Notes: a model not told the origin generated them from the sequence alone. Shown: positions 1-12,100, counted from the first letter of the whole stretch. The stretch: 63,763 nt of DNA, filler included, from Octopus bimaculoides (GCF_001194135.2; 4 parts of 4 records of this genome joined end to end with filler, not necessarily neighbours in it), one strand, 5' to 3'. Translations and numbers: made by a program.

Positions 1-323
1 CCTTCGTGAGATTTTCGATTGAGATCGTTGCCAGTGCCCCTGGACTGGCTCATGTACGGGTGACACATGAAATGAAATGCACCATTTTGAGCGTGGCCGT
101 TGCCAGTGCCGCCTGACTGGCCTTCGTGCGGGTGACATGTAAAAGCACCCACTACACTCTCTGAGTGGTTGGCGTTAGGAAGGGCATCCAGCTGTAGAAA
201 CTCTGCCAAATCAGATTGGAGCCTGGTATAGCCATCTGGTTTCATCAGTCCTCAGTCAAATCGTCCAACCCATGCTAGCATGGAAAGCGGACGTTAAACG
301 ACGACGACGACGACAACGACGAC
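1..323 (+). mobile_element. RTE-LINE 3' end / RTE-tailed SINE copy (family R)
   Basis: GTTGGCGTTAGGAAGGGCATCCAGCTGTAGAAAC...GGACGTTAAAC plus a (GAC/GAT)n tail; near-identical to 7368-7566 and the reverse complement of 8456-8862; a related tail follows the RTE RT fossil at 20378-20990. Confidence 0.8.
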
Positions 324-450
324 TGGGGTCAATTCATTTGATAAAAATACTTCAAGGCAGTGCCCCAGCATGGCTGCTATCTAATGACTGAAACAAGCAA
401 AAGATGAAAAATAAAAATAACTTAGTCTTTATTAATCTTTTTTTTTTCGA

Positions 451-569
451 TGCTTATAGCACCTAGGTTTCCCAAGCTGTCATGTATCTAAGTGCTCACT
501 AGGCTCAATGTTGTTTGACATCGGTGATTGGTTGAGAACCGATACATTCAACGTGATATGGCCATAAGC
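451..569 (-). pseudogene. Full-length (119 nt) 5S rRNA processed pseudogene with poly(A) tail and 12-bp TSD
   Basis: Minus strand GCTTATGGCCATATCACGTTGAATGTATCGGTTCTCAACCAATCACCGATG...GCTTGGGAAACCTAGGTGCTATAAGCA is colinear with metazoan 5S rRNA; A-tail 439-447; CTTTATTAATCT at 427-438 and 574-585. Confidence 0.9.
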
Positions 570-1619
570 TTGCCTTTATTAATCTAGTACTCGGAATGTA
601 AATCATCATAAAATCTTGATGGAAAGTTTTAATTCAGATCACCTTAAAATAGTAAATATGCATCATAGAATCAGATGTGGTCTCAGGTGGGGAAGTATTG
701 AAAGAGTTAATCCAGGTACAACACATATAAATACATTTTCAAAAATAGTAATATGAGTCAAACATTTGGTTATCATTGAATAGAAACATGATTGATAATG
801 TATCAAGGTTCAATGTAATTAAATTATGTAAGCTCTCACTTTCTTCAATAATTTTCATAAAAAACTTAATAGTGTTTGCATATTAAGCCAAGCAGATATT
901 GAAAAAGAGGTATTTGATGGATGAGAAGAAAATATAGATAATAAGCTATTGCTCGAAATTAGCTTCTGTTTAGTTAAAATAATCTGTGCCATGTTAGCTT
1001 TATTATTTGTGTGTGTGTATGTGTGTGTGCATGTGTGTGTATTTCTGTGTGTGTATGTGAGTGTATTTGTGTGTGTGAGTTTATTTGTGTGTGTGCATTT
1101 GTGCGTCTGTATTTGTGTGTGTGTGTGTATTTGTGCGTGTGCGTGTGTGTGTACATGTGAGTGCATGTGTATGTATTTGTGTGTGTGTGCTTGTGTGCGT
1201 GTGCATATTTGCGCATGTGTGTATGTTAAACTTGCATAGCAGGTGTTTGTATAAAATACCGTTCGATGAAAGGGGCACCAAGCTATAAGAAGTTTGAGAA
1301 CTGCAGCTCTAAACAGACACACATGCAAACACATGCACATGTGTGCTTTCACTGTTGCGAGTACAAAACACATGTACATACACAGGTGCAATTAAACAGA
1401 CGTGCACACAGAGTCAAGTGTATGCACATGCATCCACAAATACTTATACACATTTACAAGTAGATGTCACGAGCAAAGAAAGAAGCATACATGTGCAGAC
1501 GTATGTTCATATCATTACAAGTATTCATATATGCCTACATATTCACACTCACATATTCAAACACATACTCATACATTCTCTTACTTAGACTTATTGATTC
1601 ATATATGCAGAGACAAATA

Positions 1620-2114
1620 CGAGGGGGTGCTGGAAAGTTCCTGGCTTTGAGTACATGAAAATCCAAGAGGATCAGTTAATTATTATTTTATTCAACAAAA
1701 GCACCTGTGTGGCAACATGTAAAATCGCCCATGTGGCTACATGTAAAAGCACCTAATGCAGTGACATTTAAAGCGCCCACGCAGTGTCATGTAAAAACAT
1801 TCATGTGGTGCCACATAAAAGCATCCAGCACATTGTGTAAAGTTGGTGTTAAGAAGGACATCCAGCCACAGAAACCATGCCAAATTAGACTGGAGTCAGG
1901 TGCAGCCCCCCACCCCAGCAGCTTGCCAGCTCTAATCACACCCTCCAACTCATACCAGCATGGACGTTAAATGATGATGATGATGGTCTTCCTCTCAGAT
2001 TCAAACACTTATTGCAGTTTTTCTCTGCCTTGCAAAAGAACTTGGAAGGTTGGGCCTCCAGCCAGGCTTTTCGTGATACCCTTAAGGCGAGGAACTGTTC
2101 AGCAACCCATTGTG
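1620..2114. mobile_element. Mariner-type MITE interrupted by a family-R-like insertion (~1700-1985)
   Basis: TA|CGAGGGGGTGCTGGAAAGTTCCTGGC ... GCGAGGAACTGTTCAGCAACCCATTGTG|TA imperfect TIRs with TA flanks; second partial copy at 2936-3095. Confidence 0.7.
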
Positions 2115-2134
2115 TATATATATATATATAAATC

Positions 2135-2935
2135 TTTTACTCTTTTACTTGTTTCAATCATTTGACTGCGGCCATGCTGGAGCACTGCTTTTAGTCGAGC
2201 AAATCGACCCCTGGACTTATTCTTCAGCCTAGTACTTATTCTATTGGTCTCTTTTGCTGAACCGCAAAGTTACGGGGACATAAACACACTGGCATCGGTT
2301 GTCAAGCGATGTTGGGGGGGACAAACCCAGACACACAAACATACACACATATATATGCATATAGGTGCAGGAGTGGTTGTGTAGTAAGTAGCTTGCTTAC
2401 CAACTACATGGTTCCGGGTTTAGTCCCACTGTGTAGCACCTTGGGCAAGTGTCTTCCACTATAGCCTCGGGCTGACCAACGCCTTGTGAGTGGATTTGGC
2501 AGACGGAAACTGAAAGAAGCCCGTCGTATATATGTATATGTATGTATATGTGTTTGCATTTGTGTGTCTGTGTTTGTCCCCCCAACATCGCTTGACAACC
2601 GATGCTGGTGTGTTTACGTCCCCATAACTTAGTGGTTTGGCAAAAGAGACCAATAGAATAAATGCTACGCTTACAAAGAATAAGTCCTGGGGTCGATTTG
2701 CTCGACTAACGGCGGAGCTCCAGCATGGCTGCAGACAAATGACTGAAACAAGTAAAAGAGTAAAAAGAGTATACATATATACGATGGGCTTCTCTCAGTT
2801 TCCCTCTACCAAATCCACTTACAAGGCTTTGGTTGGCCCGAGGCTATAGTAGAAGACATTTGCTCAAGGTACCACACAGTGTGACTGAACCCGGAACCAT
2901 GTGGTTGGTAAGCAAGCTACTTACCACACAGCCAC
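2135..2935. mobile_element. Cluster of three tRNA-derived SINE family A copies (3' half -, full copy + 2363-2768, 5' half -)
   Basis: Pol III A box TGGTTGTGTAGTAAG and B box GGTTTAGTCCC, internal microsatellite, tail (GTAAAAGA)n; same consensus recurs many times in the window. Confidence 0.85.
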
Positions 2936-3095
2936 ATGAGGAAGTGCTGAAAAGTTTCTGGCCTTGGGTAAAAGAAAATACAGGAAGATCAGTTAATTAT
3001 GATTTTATTCAACATATTTCCCTCTCAGATTCACACACTTATTGCAGTGGTCCTTCAGTTTTTTCTAAACCTCATAAAAGAACTTGGAAGGCTGA
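2936..3095 (+). mobile_element. Truncated mariner-type MITE (same family as 1620-2114)
   Basis: GAGGAAGTGCTGAAAAGTTTCTGGCC...GATCAGTTAATTATGATTTTATTCAAC...CTCAGATTCACACACTTATTGCAG matches the first copy without its insertion. Confidence 0.65.
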
Positions 3096-3869
3096 AAAAG
3101 AAAATAAGGACTAGGGTTGATTCATTCGACTAAAAATTCTTCAAGGTGGTGCTCCAGCATGGCCGCAGTCTAATGACTGAAACAGATTAAAGATAAAAGA
3201 CAAAAGATATATGTGCGTGTATGCATGTATGTGTGTTTAGTTAGAGTGCAAGGAAGATATCAAGTGTGTGATAAGAGATACTCAACATTACAAAAGAGGT
3301 GTACAGTGCTTGATATGAAGATGAAGAACAGGTTATAAAACTTATTTTTAAGCTGAAATTACTTAGATTACGGCAATAAGTTTTGCACTTTTCTTATTCT
3401 GAAGCAACCACATGAATAAAAGAAACCTACTTATATTTCATATATGAGATCAACTATCAAATGTGCACCTGGAATGTATTATATTAATGCATACCAGTAC
3501 CTGTTGTTCATCCACTAGTCTTTTTGATATATCTTTTATGCATTATCCTGTACTTGTTTCAATCATCGGACTGCAGCCATGCTGGGGTATGCTGTGGAAG
3601 GTCAAATCAATCGACCTCAATTTAGTCTTAGTTTCAAAGCCTGGTACTTATTCTACTGGTCTCTTTCACCGAACCACTAAGTCAAAGGGAAGTTAACAAA
3701 TTAACACTATTTAATTAGTATAAGTATTCTTTTAAATATATGGGATGATCTTTCAACAAGTTCATCAAAATATCTATGATTTTTAGAAAATAACAATGTT
3801 AGAATCTATAAAATTGTTAAAAAAACAATTATGATATGCTGAACCTTTTAAAGCTAAACCTTGTAAAGG

Positions 3870-4195
3870 TGCATGGCTCAGTGATTAGAGCATTGGGTTC
3901 ACAATTATGAGGTAGTCAGTTCGATTCCCAGACTGGGCTGTGTGTTGTGTTCTTGAACAAGACACTTTATTTCATATTGCTCCAGTTCACTCAGCTGTAG
4001 GAATGAATTGCAATATCACTGGTCCCATACTGCATTGACCTTTGCATTTCCTTTGGATAACATCGGTGGCATGGAGAAGGGAGGCTGGTATGCATGGGCA
4101 ATTGCTGGTCTTCCATAAACAACTTTGACTGGACCGGTGCCTCAGAGGGGGAACTTTCTAGGTGCAGTCCCATGGTCATTCATGACCAATGGGGG
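3870..4195 (+). mobile_element. tRNA-derived SINE family C (conserved central domain type)
   Basis: TGGCTCAGTGATTAGAG / GTTCGATTCC boxes followed by GTTGTGTTCTTGAACAAGACACTTTATTTCATATTGCTCCAG; related copies at 5005-5350, 12960-13255(-), 19530-19730, 34800-35175, 50095-50770. Confidence 0.75.
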
Positions 4196-4292
4196 TAGGA
4201 TCCCCTAAACCTTTTAAACAAAGACACTGAGTACATTGTTTCCCAGAAATTTCATCTTTAAGATCCATTCAGAATTAATTTAGATTTTTCTG

Positions 4293-4710
4293 TCATCCAT
4301 TCATCCATCCATCCATCCATTTATTCCTGGGAGGATTGTGAGAATAAGGCTCTGAGGTATCATAAGATCCTATCAGAGGCAACCATCATTATGCTTTTTG
4401 GTTGGATTCCCAAGCATGACCAGTTGAGGATATAATATACTATTCAAGCATTTCATCCTTGGTCTACTTCTAGCTCTCTTGCTGACTGGCTTGGCTTAGC
4501 TTGAAGAATCCATCATGAGATTCCTTCCTGCAGCATTCTAATTACATGTCTGTAATGCCAGAGCTGTGACCTCCCAATGCGGAGAAATAGCTGATAAACC
4601 TAGGGGGGATTCCCTGATCTCCAAGTTATGCACCTTCTCGAGTAACATTACTCCAGAGAATCTTCAGAGGAACCCGTTTTTGGCTACTTGCATTTGTGAG
4701 CATACACTGT
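4293..4710 (-). mobile_element. Degraded RTE-clade LINE, C-terminal end with (ATGG)n tail
   Basis: Minus translation SQMQVAKNGFL*RFSGVMLLEKVHNLEIRE...LFLRIGRSQLWHYRHVIRM...SKRARSRPRMK resembles the RTE C-terminal ...RWFGHV.RM...RGRPR motif; stops and frameshifts. Confidence 0.65.
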
Positions 4711-5320
4711 CATCACAAATCAAAATATTTACTAAAAGATTTTAATCACTTGATGACTGAAAACTAGACAGTCAGGTAATATTTTAATCAATTCTTTCAA
4801 AAGGATAAAAAAAAATTTGCTTTAGTCCTATGAATCAAATATTTGTTATTTTTATTGTAATATATCAAAAAGACTGCGAGTGAATAACAGACAGCCTTAT
4901 ATAATAATATAATATATTCTAACTAGATCAAAAGATTTTTTTTTATATTGTTAACATATATTTAATGCTTTATATATATTTTAGTGATATATATATATAT
5001 ATGTGAAGGTATGTGGCCTAGTGGTCAGGCTGTTGGACTCATGATCACTAGATCGTGGGTTTAATTCCATGACTGGTTGGTGCATTATGTGCTTGAGCAA
5101 AACATCATTTCACATTGCTCCAGTTCCCCTTCAATCAGTGAGGGAATGTTGGTATGCTCACCTAGCCAGCTGGGTGGCATGATTCAATGGCTAAAACAAT
5201 GCAAAATTGCATTGTGACCAGCGATGTGTAACAACATCTGATACCTTGGTTAGTCATGCGATCATGTGTGTGATATGGATATATATAACCCACCCATCTA
5301 GTATGGAACACAGATGTTAA

Positions 5321-5352
<32 letters not shown>

Positions 5353-6633
5353 AAGAGCATTTCATTTATTTTTTAATTGCTCAAGATTCAGCGAATCATA
5401 TGATGTGCAGTCATAATCCAAAGAATTACAGCTTAAAATAATACTTATACTTTCACACACGTGCATACATAGACATGGCAATGCCTCAGTATAGCCACAG
5501 CATTAGGCTGAAATGTGCAAAAGAATAAAAGAATACACACAGACACAAACATATGCACACATATACACAAAAATATACATACACATAAGCACACACTTAT
5601 ACACCTCTCTCAAATGCATACACTCACAAATATACACGCATACACACATACACACAAACATACATACCCACATATATACACACACATACTCCTTGGCCTG
5701 CTTGTGAAATAAACGTGCAAGTGGCTGAACACTCCTCAGACACATGTACCCTTAACATAGTTCTCTGGGAAATTCAGCATGACATACTGTGACAAGGCTG
5801 GCCCTTTGAAATACAGGTACTACTCATTTTTTCCAGCTGATGGACTGGAGCAACTTGAAATAAAATGTTTTGCTCAAGGGCACAACACATCACCAGGAAT
5901 TGAACTCATGACTTTATGACTGTGAGCCAAATACCCTAACCACTAAGCCATGTGCCTTCACTTTGGATGAATACAGCCAGGTTAAATGCTGCAGGAGTAG
6001 GAGAGATGTGACTTCTACAGCTCTAGTGCTCTTGTCACTTCATGATACAAATGATCAACTCTGAGTCCTATAGGATCCCATTTCTCCACTGTTAGAGCTG
6101 ATGTCATGATAAATTCCTTTGATCCTGTCCTAACTGTGCATTCTCTTACATAGCACTACTGTTCATTAGAGGGTGCAGTTGGAAAAGGTTTTCCAGTGTA
6201 GGCACATTGCTAGGTAGTGTAGAGGTACGAACCATAAGGTAACATCTCAAATATCTGCCCTGTCCACTTTGTGAATAATTTCATATCTTCTGTACATCAG
6301 GTCGTGACTGGTGTGTCTTAGGCACAAGATTTTGAGAAACCCACCCATTCATAATCACGTATTTCTTATTGGATTACTCATGTATTGTATTCTCTACCTC
6401 TTTCTCCTCTAAAACAAATTAAAGCAAACAATGAAAAGATTTCTAATACAGAACAGAAGTCAATTTTTGGAGACTTTTTCTTCTACACAGGGCTGTCTTA
6501 GCAGGATAGGCTTCCTGACAAATCAATGTACTGGTCCAATAGTAAATATTTACTGACAACAAACCACAGTATACATAGATCACAACTGGATCCCTAGTCC
6601 AGCGAAACCACCAGCCACTTGGGTGTTTGTAGT

Positions 6634-6665
<32 letters not shown>

Positions 6666-7367
6666 NNNNNNNNNNNNNNNNNNNNNNNNNNNNNNNNNNN
6701 NNNNNNNNNNNNNNNNNNNNNNNNNNNNNNNNNNNNNNNNNNNNNNNNNNNNNNNNNNNNNNNNNNNNNNNNNNNNNNNNNNNNNNNNNNNNNNNNNNNN
6801 NNNNNNNNNNNNNNNNNNNNNNNNNNNNNNNNNNNNNNNNNNNNNNNNNNNNNNNNNNNNNNNNNNNNNNNNNNNNNNNNNNNNNNNNNNNNNNNNNNNN
6901 NNNNNNNNNNNNNNNNNNNNNNNNNNNNNNNNNNNNNNNNNNNNNNNNNNNNNNNNNNNNNNNNNNNNNNNNNNNNNNNNNNNNNNNNNNNNNNNNNNNN
7001 NNNNNNNNNNNNNNNNNNNNNNNNNNNNNNNNNNNNNNNNNNNNNNNNNNNNNNNNNNNNNNNNNNNNNNNNNNNNNNNNNNNNNNNNNNNNNNNNNNNN
7101 NNNNNNNNNNNNNNNNNNNNNNNNNNNNNNNNNNNNNNNNNNNNNNNNNNNNNNNNNNNNNNNNNNNNNNNNNNNNNNNNNNNNNNNNNNNNNNNNNNNN
7201 NNNNNNNNNNNNNNNNNNNNNNNNNNNNNNNNNNNNNNNNNNNNNNNNNNNNNNNNNNNNNNNNNNNNNNNNNNNNNNNNNNNNNNNNNNNNNNNNNNNN
7301 NNNNNNNNNNNNNNNNNNNNNNNNNNNNNNNNNNNNNNNNNNNNNNNNNNNNNNNNNNNNNNNNNNN

Positions 7368-7566
7368 TGCGGGTGACACGTAAAAGCACCCACTACACTC
7401 TCTGAGTGGTTGGCGTTAGGAAGGGCATCCAGCTGTAGAAACTCTGCCAAATCAGACTGGAGCCTGGTGTTGCCATCCGGTTTCACCAGTCCTCAGTCAA
7501 ATCGTCCAACCCATGCTAGCATGGAAAGCGGACGTTAAACGATGATGATGATGATGATGATGATGA
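7368..7566 (+). mobile_element. Family R 3' end copy with (GAT)n tail
   Basis: Near identity to 130-323. Confidence 0.8.
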
Positions 7567-7775
7567 TATATATAGGGAGAATTCACGAAAAAACAACAGA
7601 CGAAGACAGGTGGTGTAGACAACAAATGGATGTATTAGTATAACGCTCGGGAATAGAGAAAGTCTTTAATGTTTTGAGCCTATGCTTTTCAACAGAAAGG
7701 AACACAGAAAGAAACAAGGAGAGAAAAAATGTGTGTAGTGGTCAGCGATCTATCATGGCGAATATATATATATAT

Positions 7776-8982
7776 ATTAGAGTATTGACTTGAAAGAGAC
7801 AAATTCCAAGGTCAATAATACTCCTCATCAAAGCTGACACATATCTAAACACAGAAGGCATATATAAGCCATTATAAGCATGTGAACACATAACATACAA
7901 AAACATATACATACATATAATAGTGTAATTCCATGCCCAAATCAAAATCAGATAAGTAATTGCATAAATGCATACAGATAACTTAAGAAGTCCCTGTTGG
8001 TGAGATAATAGTTCACGATTAATAGAAAGAGTCCTACGGCCATTTCCGGGAATGTGCGTAGAAGTGTGCAGTTAAGACATTTTGAACTTCAGTAATCGAC
8101 ATTTCCTTCATCATAGAATATGTACGGATTTGGAACTTTTAAACAAGATCATAAAATTATTTGTGGGATTTTATGAATTTTATGATTTTGTTTAAAAGTT
8201 CCAAATCTGTACATATTCTCTGACGAAGGAAATGTAGAATACTGAAGTTCAAAAGGTCTTACCTGCACACTTCTACGCATATTCCCAGAAATGGCTGTAA
8301 GACACTTTCTATTTACTGGATTCATTCAAGAGCTTCCTTTTGGATTATTGTGAACTGTTATCTCATCAGCTTGGCCTTCTTAAGTTATCTGTATGTATTT
8401 ATGCAATTACTTATTCGACTTTGATTTGAGCACGGAATTACACTATTATATGTATCATCATCATCATCATCATCATCATCGTTTAATATCCGCTTTCCAT
8501 GCTAGCATGGGTTGGACGATTTGACTGAGGACTGGTGAACCAGATGGCTACACCAGGCTCCAATCTGATTTGGCAGAGTTTCTACAGCTGGATGCCCTTC
8601 CTAACACCAACCACTCCGAGAGTGTAGCTGGTGCTTTTACGTGCCACCGGCACGAAGGCCAGTCAGGAGGTACTGGCAACGGCCACGCTCGAAATGGTGT
8701 ATTTTACGTGCCACCCGCACAGGGACCAGTCCAGCAGGACTGGCAACAAACTCGCTTGAATGTCTTTTCACGTGCCACTGGCACAAGTGCCAAGAAGGCG
8801 ACGTTAGTAATGGTCACGCTCAAATGGTGCTTTTTTACGTGCCACCGGCACAGAAGCCACAGATGATGTGTTCACATGCTTATTATGGCTTATATATGCC
8901 TTCTGAGTTTAGATATATGTCAGATTTGATGAGGAGTATTTATTGACCTTGGAACTTGTCCCTTTCAAATTAATACTTTAAT
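7776..8982. repeat. Long palindrome: left arm 7776-8158, 17-nt loop, right arm 8176-8455 plus 8863-8982 split by a later insertion
   Basis: Arms are reverse complements throughout, e.g. TATGTACGGATTTGGAACTTTTAAAC / GTTTAAAAGTTCCAAATCTGTACATA and GGCATATATAAGCCATTATAAGCATGTGAACACAT / ATGTGTTCACATGCTTATTATGGCTTATATATGCC. Confidence 0.9.
8456..8862 (-). mobile_element. Family R copy with four ~65-bp internal tandem units, inserted in the palindrome right arm
   Basis: (CAT)n tail then reverse complement of 130-323; repeated TTTTACGTGCCACCGGCAC units. Confidence 0.8.
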
Positions 8983-9310
8983 CGCTCAATAAATTGAGCC
9001 CTACGCTGTTGTTTCTTGAAAAAAGTTCACCTCTATAATATTTCATTACCTGTATGTATGTATGTATGTATGTATGGATGGATGGATGGATGGATGGATA
9101 TGTGTGTATGCATGTATTTGTGAGTCAGTGTATGTGAGTGTCTGTGTGTATATGTTTCCATGTCTTTATTTATGGCTTTGTTGATGGTTTTGTTGTAGTC
9201 CTTTATGTCCTGGGTCAATAAGATCAACCAAATCCTTCATAGGCCATGCAACAGCTGATCTGCTATCCATAAATGGAAATTAGTAAAACAATAAAAGAAT
9301 AGAAATATGA

Positions 9311-9350
<40 letters not shown>

Positions 9351-9442
9351 TATATGTGTATGTTTGAGTGAGATGTGTAAGTGTGCATTGTGTACTGAGC
9401 ATGTGTACAGACAAATAGATAGAAAGATAGATAGACAGACAG

Positions 9443-9479
<37 letters not shown>

Positions 9480-10009
9480 NNNNNNNNNNNNNNNNNNNNN
9501 NNNNNNNNNNNNNNNNNNNNNNNNNNNNNNNNNNNNNNNNNNNNNNNNNNNNNNNNNNNNNNNNNNNNNNNNNNNNNNNNNNNNNNNNNNNNNNNNNNNN
9601 NNNNNNNNNNNNNNNNNNNNNNNNNNNNNNNNNNNNNNNNNNNNNNNNNNNNNNNNNNNNNNNNNNNNNNNNNNNNNNNNNNNNNNNNNNNNNNNNNNNN
9701 NNNNNNNNNNNNNNNNNNNNNNNNNNNNNNNNNNNNNNNNNNNNNNNNNNNNNNNNNNNNNNNNNNNNNNNNNNNNNNNNNNNNNNNNNNNNNNNNNNNN
9801 NNNNNNNNNNNNNNNNNNNNNNNNNNNNNNNNNNNNNNNNNNNNNNNNNNNNNNNNNNNNNNNNNNNNNNNNNNNNNNNNNNNNNNNNNNNNNNNNNNNN
9901 NNNNNNNNNNNNNNNNNNNNNNNNNNNNNNNNNNNNNTATATATATATATATATATATATATTTGTATATGTGTGTGTGTGTGTGTGTGTGTATATAGCT
10001 AACAAACAA

Positions 10010-10044
<35 letters not shown>

Positions 10045-10704
10045 TAGACAGACAGATAAATAGATAGATAGATAAACAGGCAGATAGAAAAAGAGAGAGA
10101 GAATGAGAGAGAGAGGGGAAAGAGAGAGAATGAGAAAGAGAGGGGACAGAGAGAGAGAGAGCAAGAGAAGGAAATGTATAAGTGAATGTATGTAAAAGAA
10201 TTAGTGCCAGAATTAAGAAGGAAAGAAGGTTGATGAAGTGAAATGAAATATCATGAGAAATTGAATTTGAATAAATAATATCTTTAATTAAAGCAAACCA
10301 GATACCATGAGAGTTGATTAAATAAACTTGGTATTACAATGAATATTAACGCATGCTGGTGTTAAATTGATGGCCTGCGCATTCTCCATTTCCTACTAAC
10401 AGAGAGGACATGGATTTCATTTTAATGAGATCCCTTATCTCCAGGGAGATTAGTGAAAATTACAAGAAATTCAAATATCTGCCTTGCTTATCTAGATTTC
10501 TTGCTAAACTGTCTTCTGTTAATGAGACATCTTAACAAAGTTAAATAAGGGAACATCTAGATGGCTTGGTTACTCAGCCTGCTAAAAATAGTAGTTGAAT
10601 TGCTTTCAAATCACATCCTATTATATTAAAAATTAGAAGGAAGTGTTTGGATAATGTGGTTTTAGACACATTTCAACTGGGGAAATGATAAAATGATTAT
10701 GGTT

Positions 10705-11257
10705 GAACACTTTAACATTTAAACTGGTTATATCCAGCCCAAACGTTCTACTTGTTTTTTGTTCAAACTGGCCAGATCTGGCCTCTTACACCAAACACAC
10801 AATGTCGTTTTAAAAATAAACAGTCACTTCATTGAAATCTTATAGCTGCAATATTATAGCTGCATGATTAATTCAAACTAACCACATCTGGCCTCTCACA
10901 CTTACCCTACAATGTCATTCTAAAAATAAACAATCACTTCATTGAAATCTTATAGCTGCAACATTATAGCTGCATGATTAATTCAAACTAACCACATCTG
11001 ACCTCTCACACTTACCCCACAATGTCATTCTAAAAATAAACAAGCACTTCATTGAAATCTTGTAGCTACAAAATCATGCAAGATTAATTCAAACTGGTCA
11101 AATCTGGCCTCTCACACCTACCCTACAATGCTATTCTAAAGATAACTAATCACATCATTGAAATCTTCAAGCTATGAGATAATGCATGATTAATTCAAAA
11201 CAATGTGAATAAAGAAGTATTACATTTGACAGAATAATCTGAATGCAAAAGGGTTAA
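10705..11257. mobile_element. piggyBac-like MITE with a ~110-bp internal unit repeated four times
   Basis: Right end GAATGCAAAAGGG|TTAA, degenerate left end ACTTTAACATTTAAACTGG; unit AAACT..CCACATCTGGCCTCTCACACTTACCCTACAATGTCATTC...GATTAATTC x4 (10765-11200); partial copy near 14420-14515. Confidence 0.65.
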
Positions 11258-12100
11258 ATGTCTTTGATCATAGATTTGCAGAACAGGTTTGACCTAGGGC
11301 TAAACAGCAACAGAACAACAACAGCAACAACAAGATAATCTTTGATTTCTCATTTAAATAAGTGAATGATAGGTTACATGTTGGCAGCTGTAGGTTTTAT
11401 TTTTTGTGTTTTGACATGAAAAGTTCTGGAGGAAATTCTTGTCAAAGCTCTGACTCAAAAGACACTTTTCAGCGTTTTCTACTCAATAGGCCATTTCGCC
11501 ATTATTAACAAATGAAGGGGGTCTCTAAGTGGTCATTTGATCTGCTAGAAATAGCATCAAAATCTGCAGTTCAGACTTTGTAGTCTTCAAGAAGGACACA
11601 TCAGACACTCTAGCCCTGCATACCTTTGCCTGGTTCTCCATCAATTATGACAACAAGTGTTCCAGTTAATCTGATCGACGGAACCACCTGCTCATGAAAT
11701 TAATGTGCAAGTGGTCGAGCACTCCCAGGCATGCTTACCCTCAACATAGTTCTCCGGGAGATTCAGTGTGACACCCAGAATGTGACAAAGCTAACCCGTT
11801 TGAAATACAGGTACAACTCTCATTTTTGTCAGCTGAGTGAGCTGGCGAATTGTGAAATAAAATGTCTTGCCCAAGGACACAATGTGCCACTGGGAATCAA
11901 ACTCATTCATGATCTGCATACGTTTAGGTTTAAATGAAAGACAAAGATTATTATGAATGGAATGTTTTTGCTTATAAGTTTGTTCAATCAGGACTCACGT
12001 GGTGTTCAACAACAATAAGAACAGCAACAATACCATGAATAATCAGATAAAAAGTAACTCAACATTGACAGTTTTTACACTTTCTTCTTCTGTTGGGCAG

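Noticed and set aside
855-1650. Long ORFs rich in H/T, C/V or I/Y (also 5503-5745, 47630-48255, 56780-57684, 62610-62995)
   Set aside because: Translations of (CA)n/(TA)n microsatellites; stop-free by composition
2363-2440. tRNA-like A/B boxes at SINE heads
   Set aside because: No complete cloverleaf; they continue into SINE bodies, so they are not tRNA genes
5469-5507. Minus-strand 39-nt exon-like segment PNAVAILRHCHVY (and 27-nt NKKSAKLIA near 3370-3400)
   Set aside because: Splice signals are plausible, but there is no homology or other support and such segments are expected by chance
6000-6420. Possible LINE RT remnant or exon in unique-looking DNA
   Set aside because: No convincing motif in any frame
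6443-7486. ORFs of 250-360 aa containing X runs (also 9263, 26316, 30625, 51422, 61970)
   Set aside because: They span assembly N-gaps
10403-10530. TACTAACAG acceptor opening EDMDFILMRSLISREISENYKKFKYLPCLSRF
   Set aside because: No good donor before the stop and no homology
10765-11200. Regularly spaced repeats as a CRISPR-like array (also 8630-8860)
   Set aside because: Whole-unit tandem repeats without unique spacers, inside eukaryotic transposons
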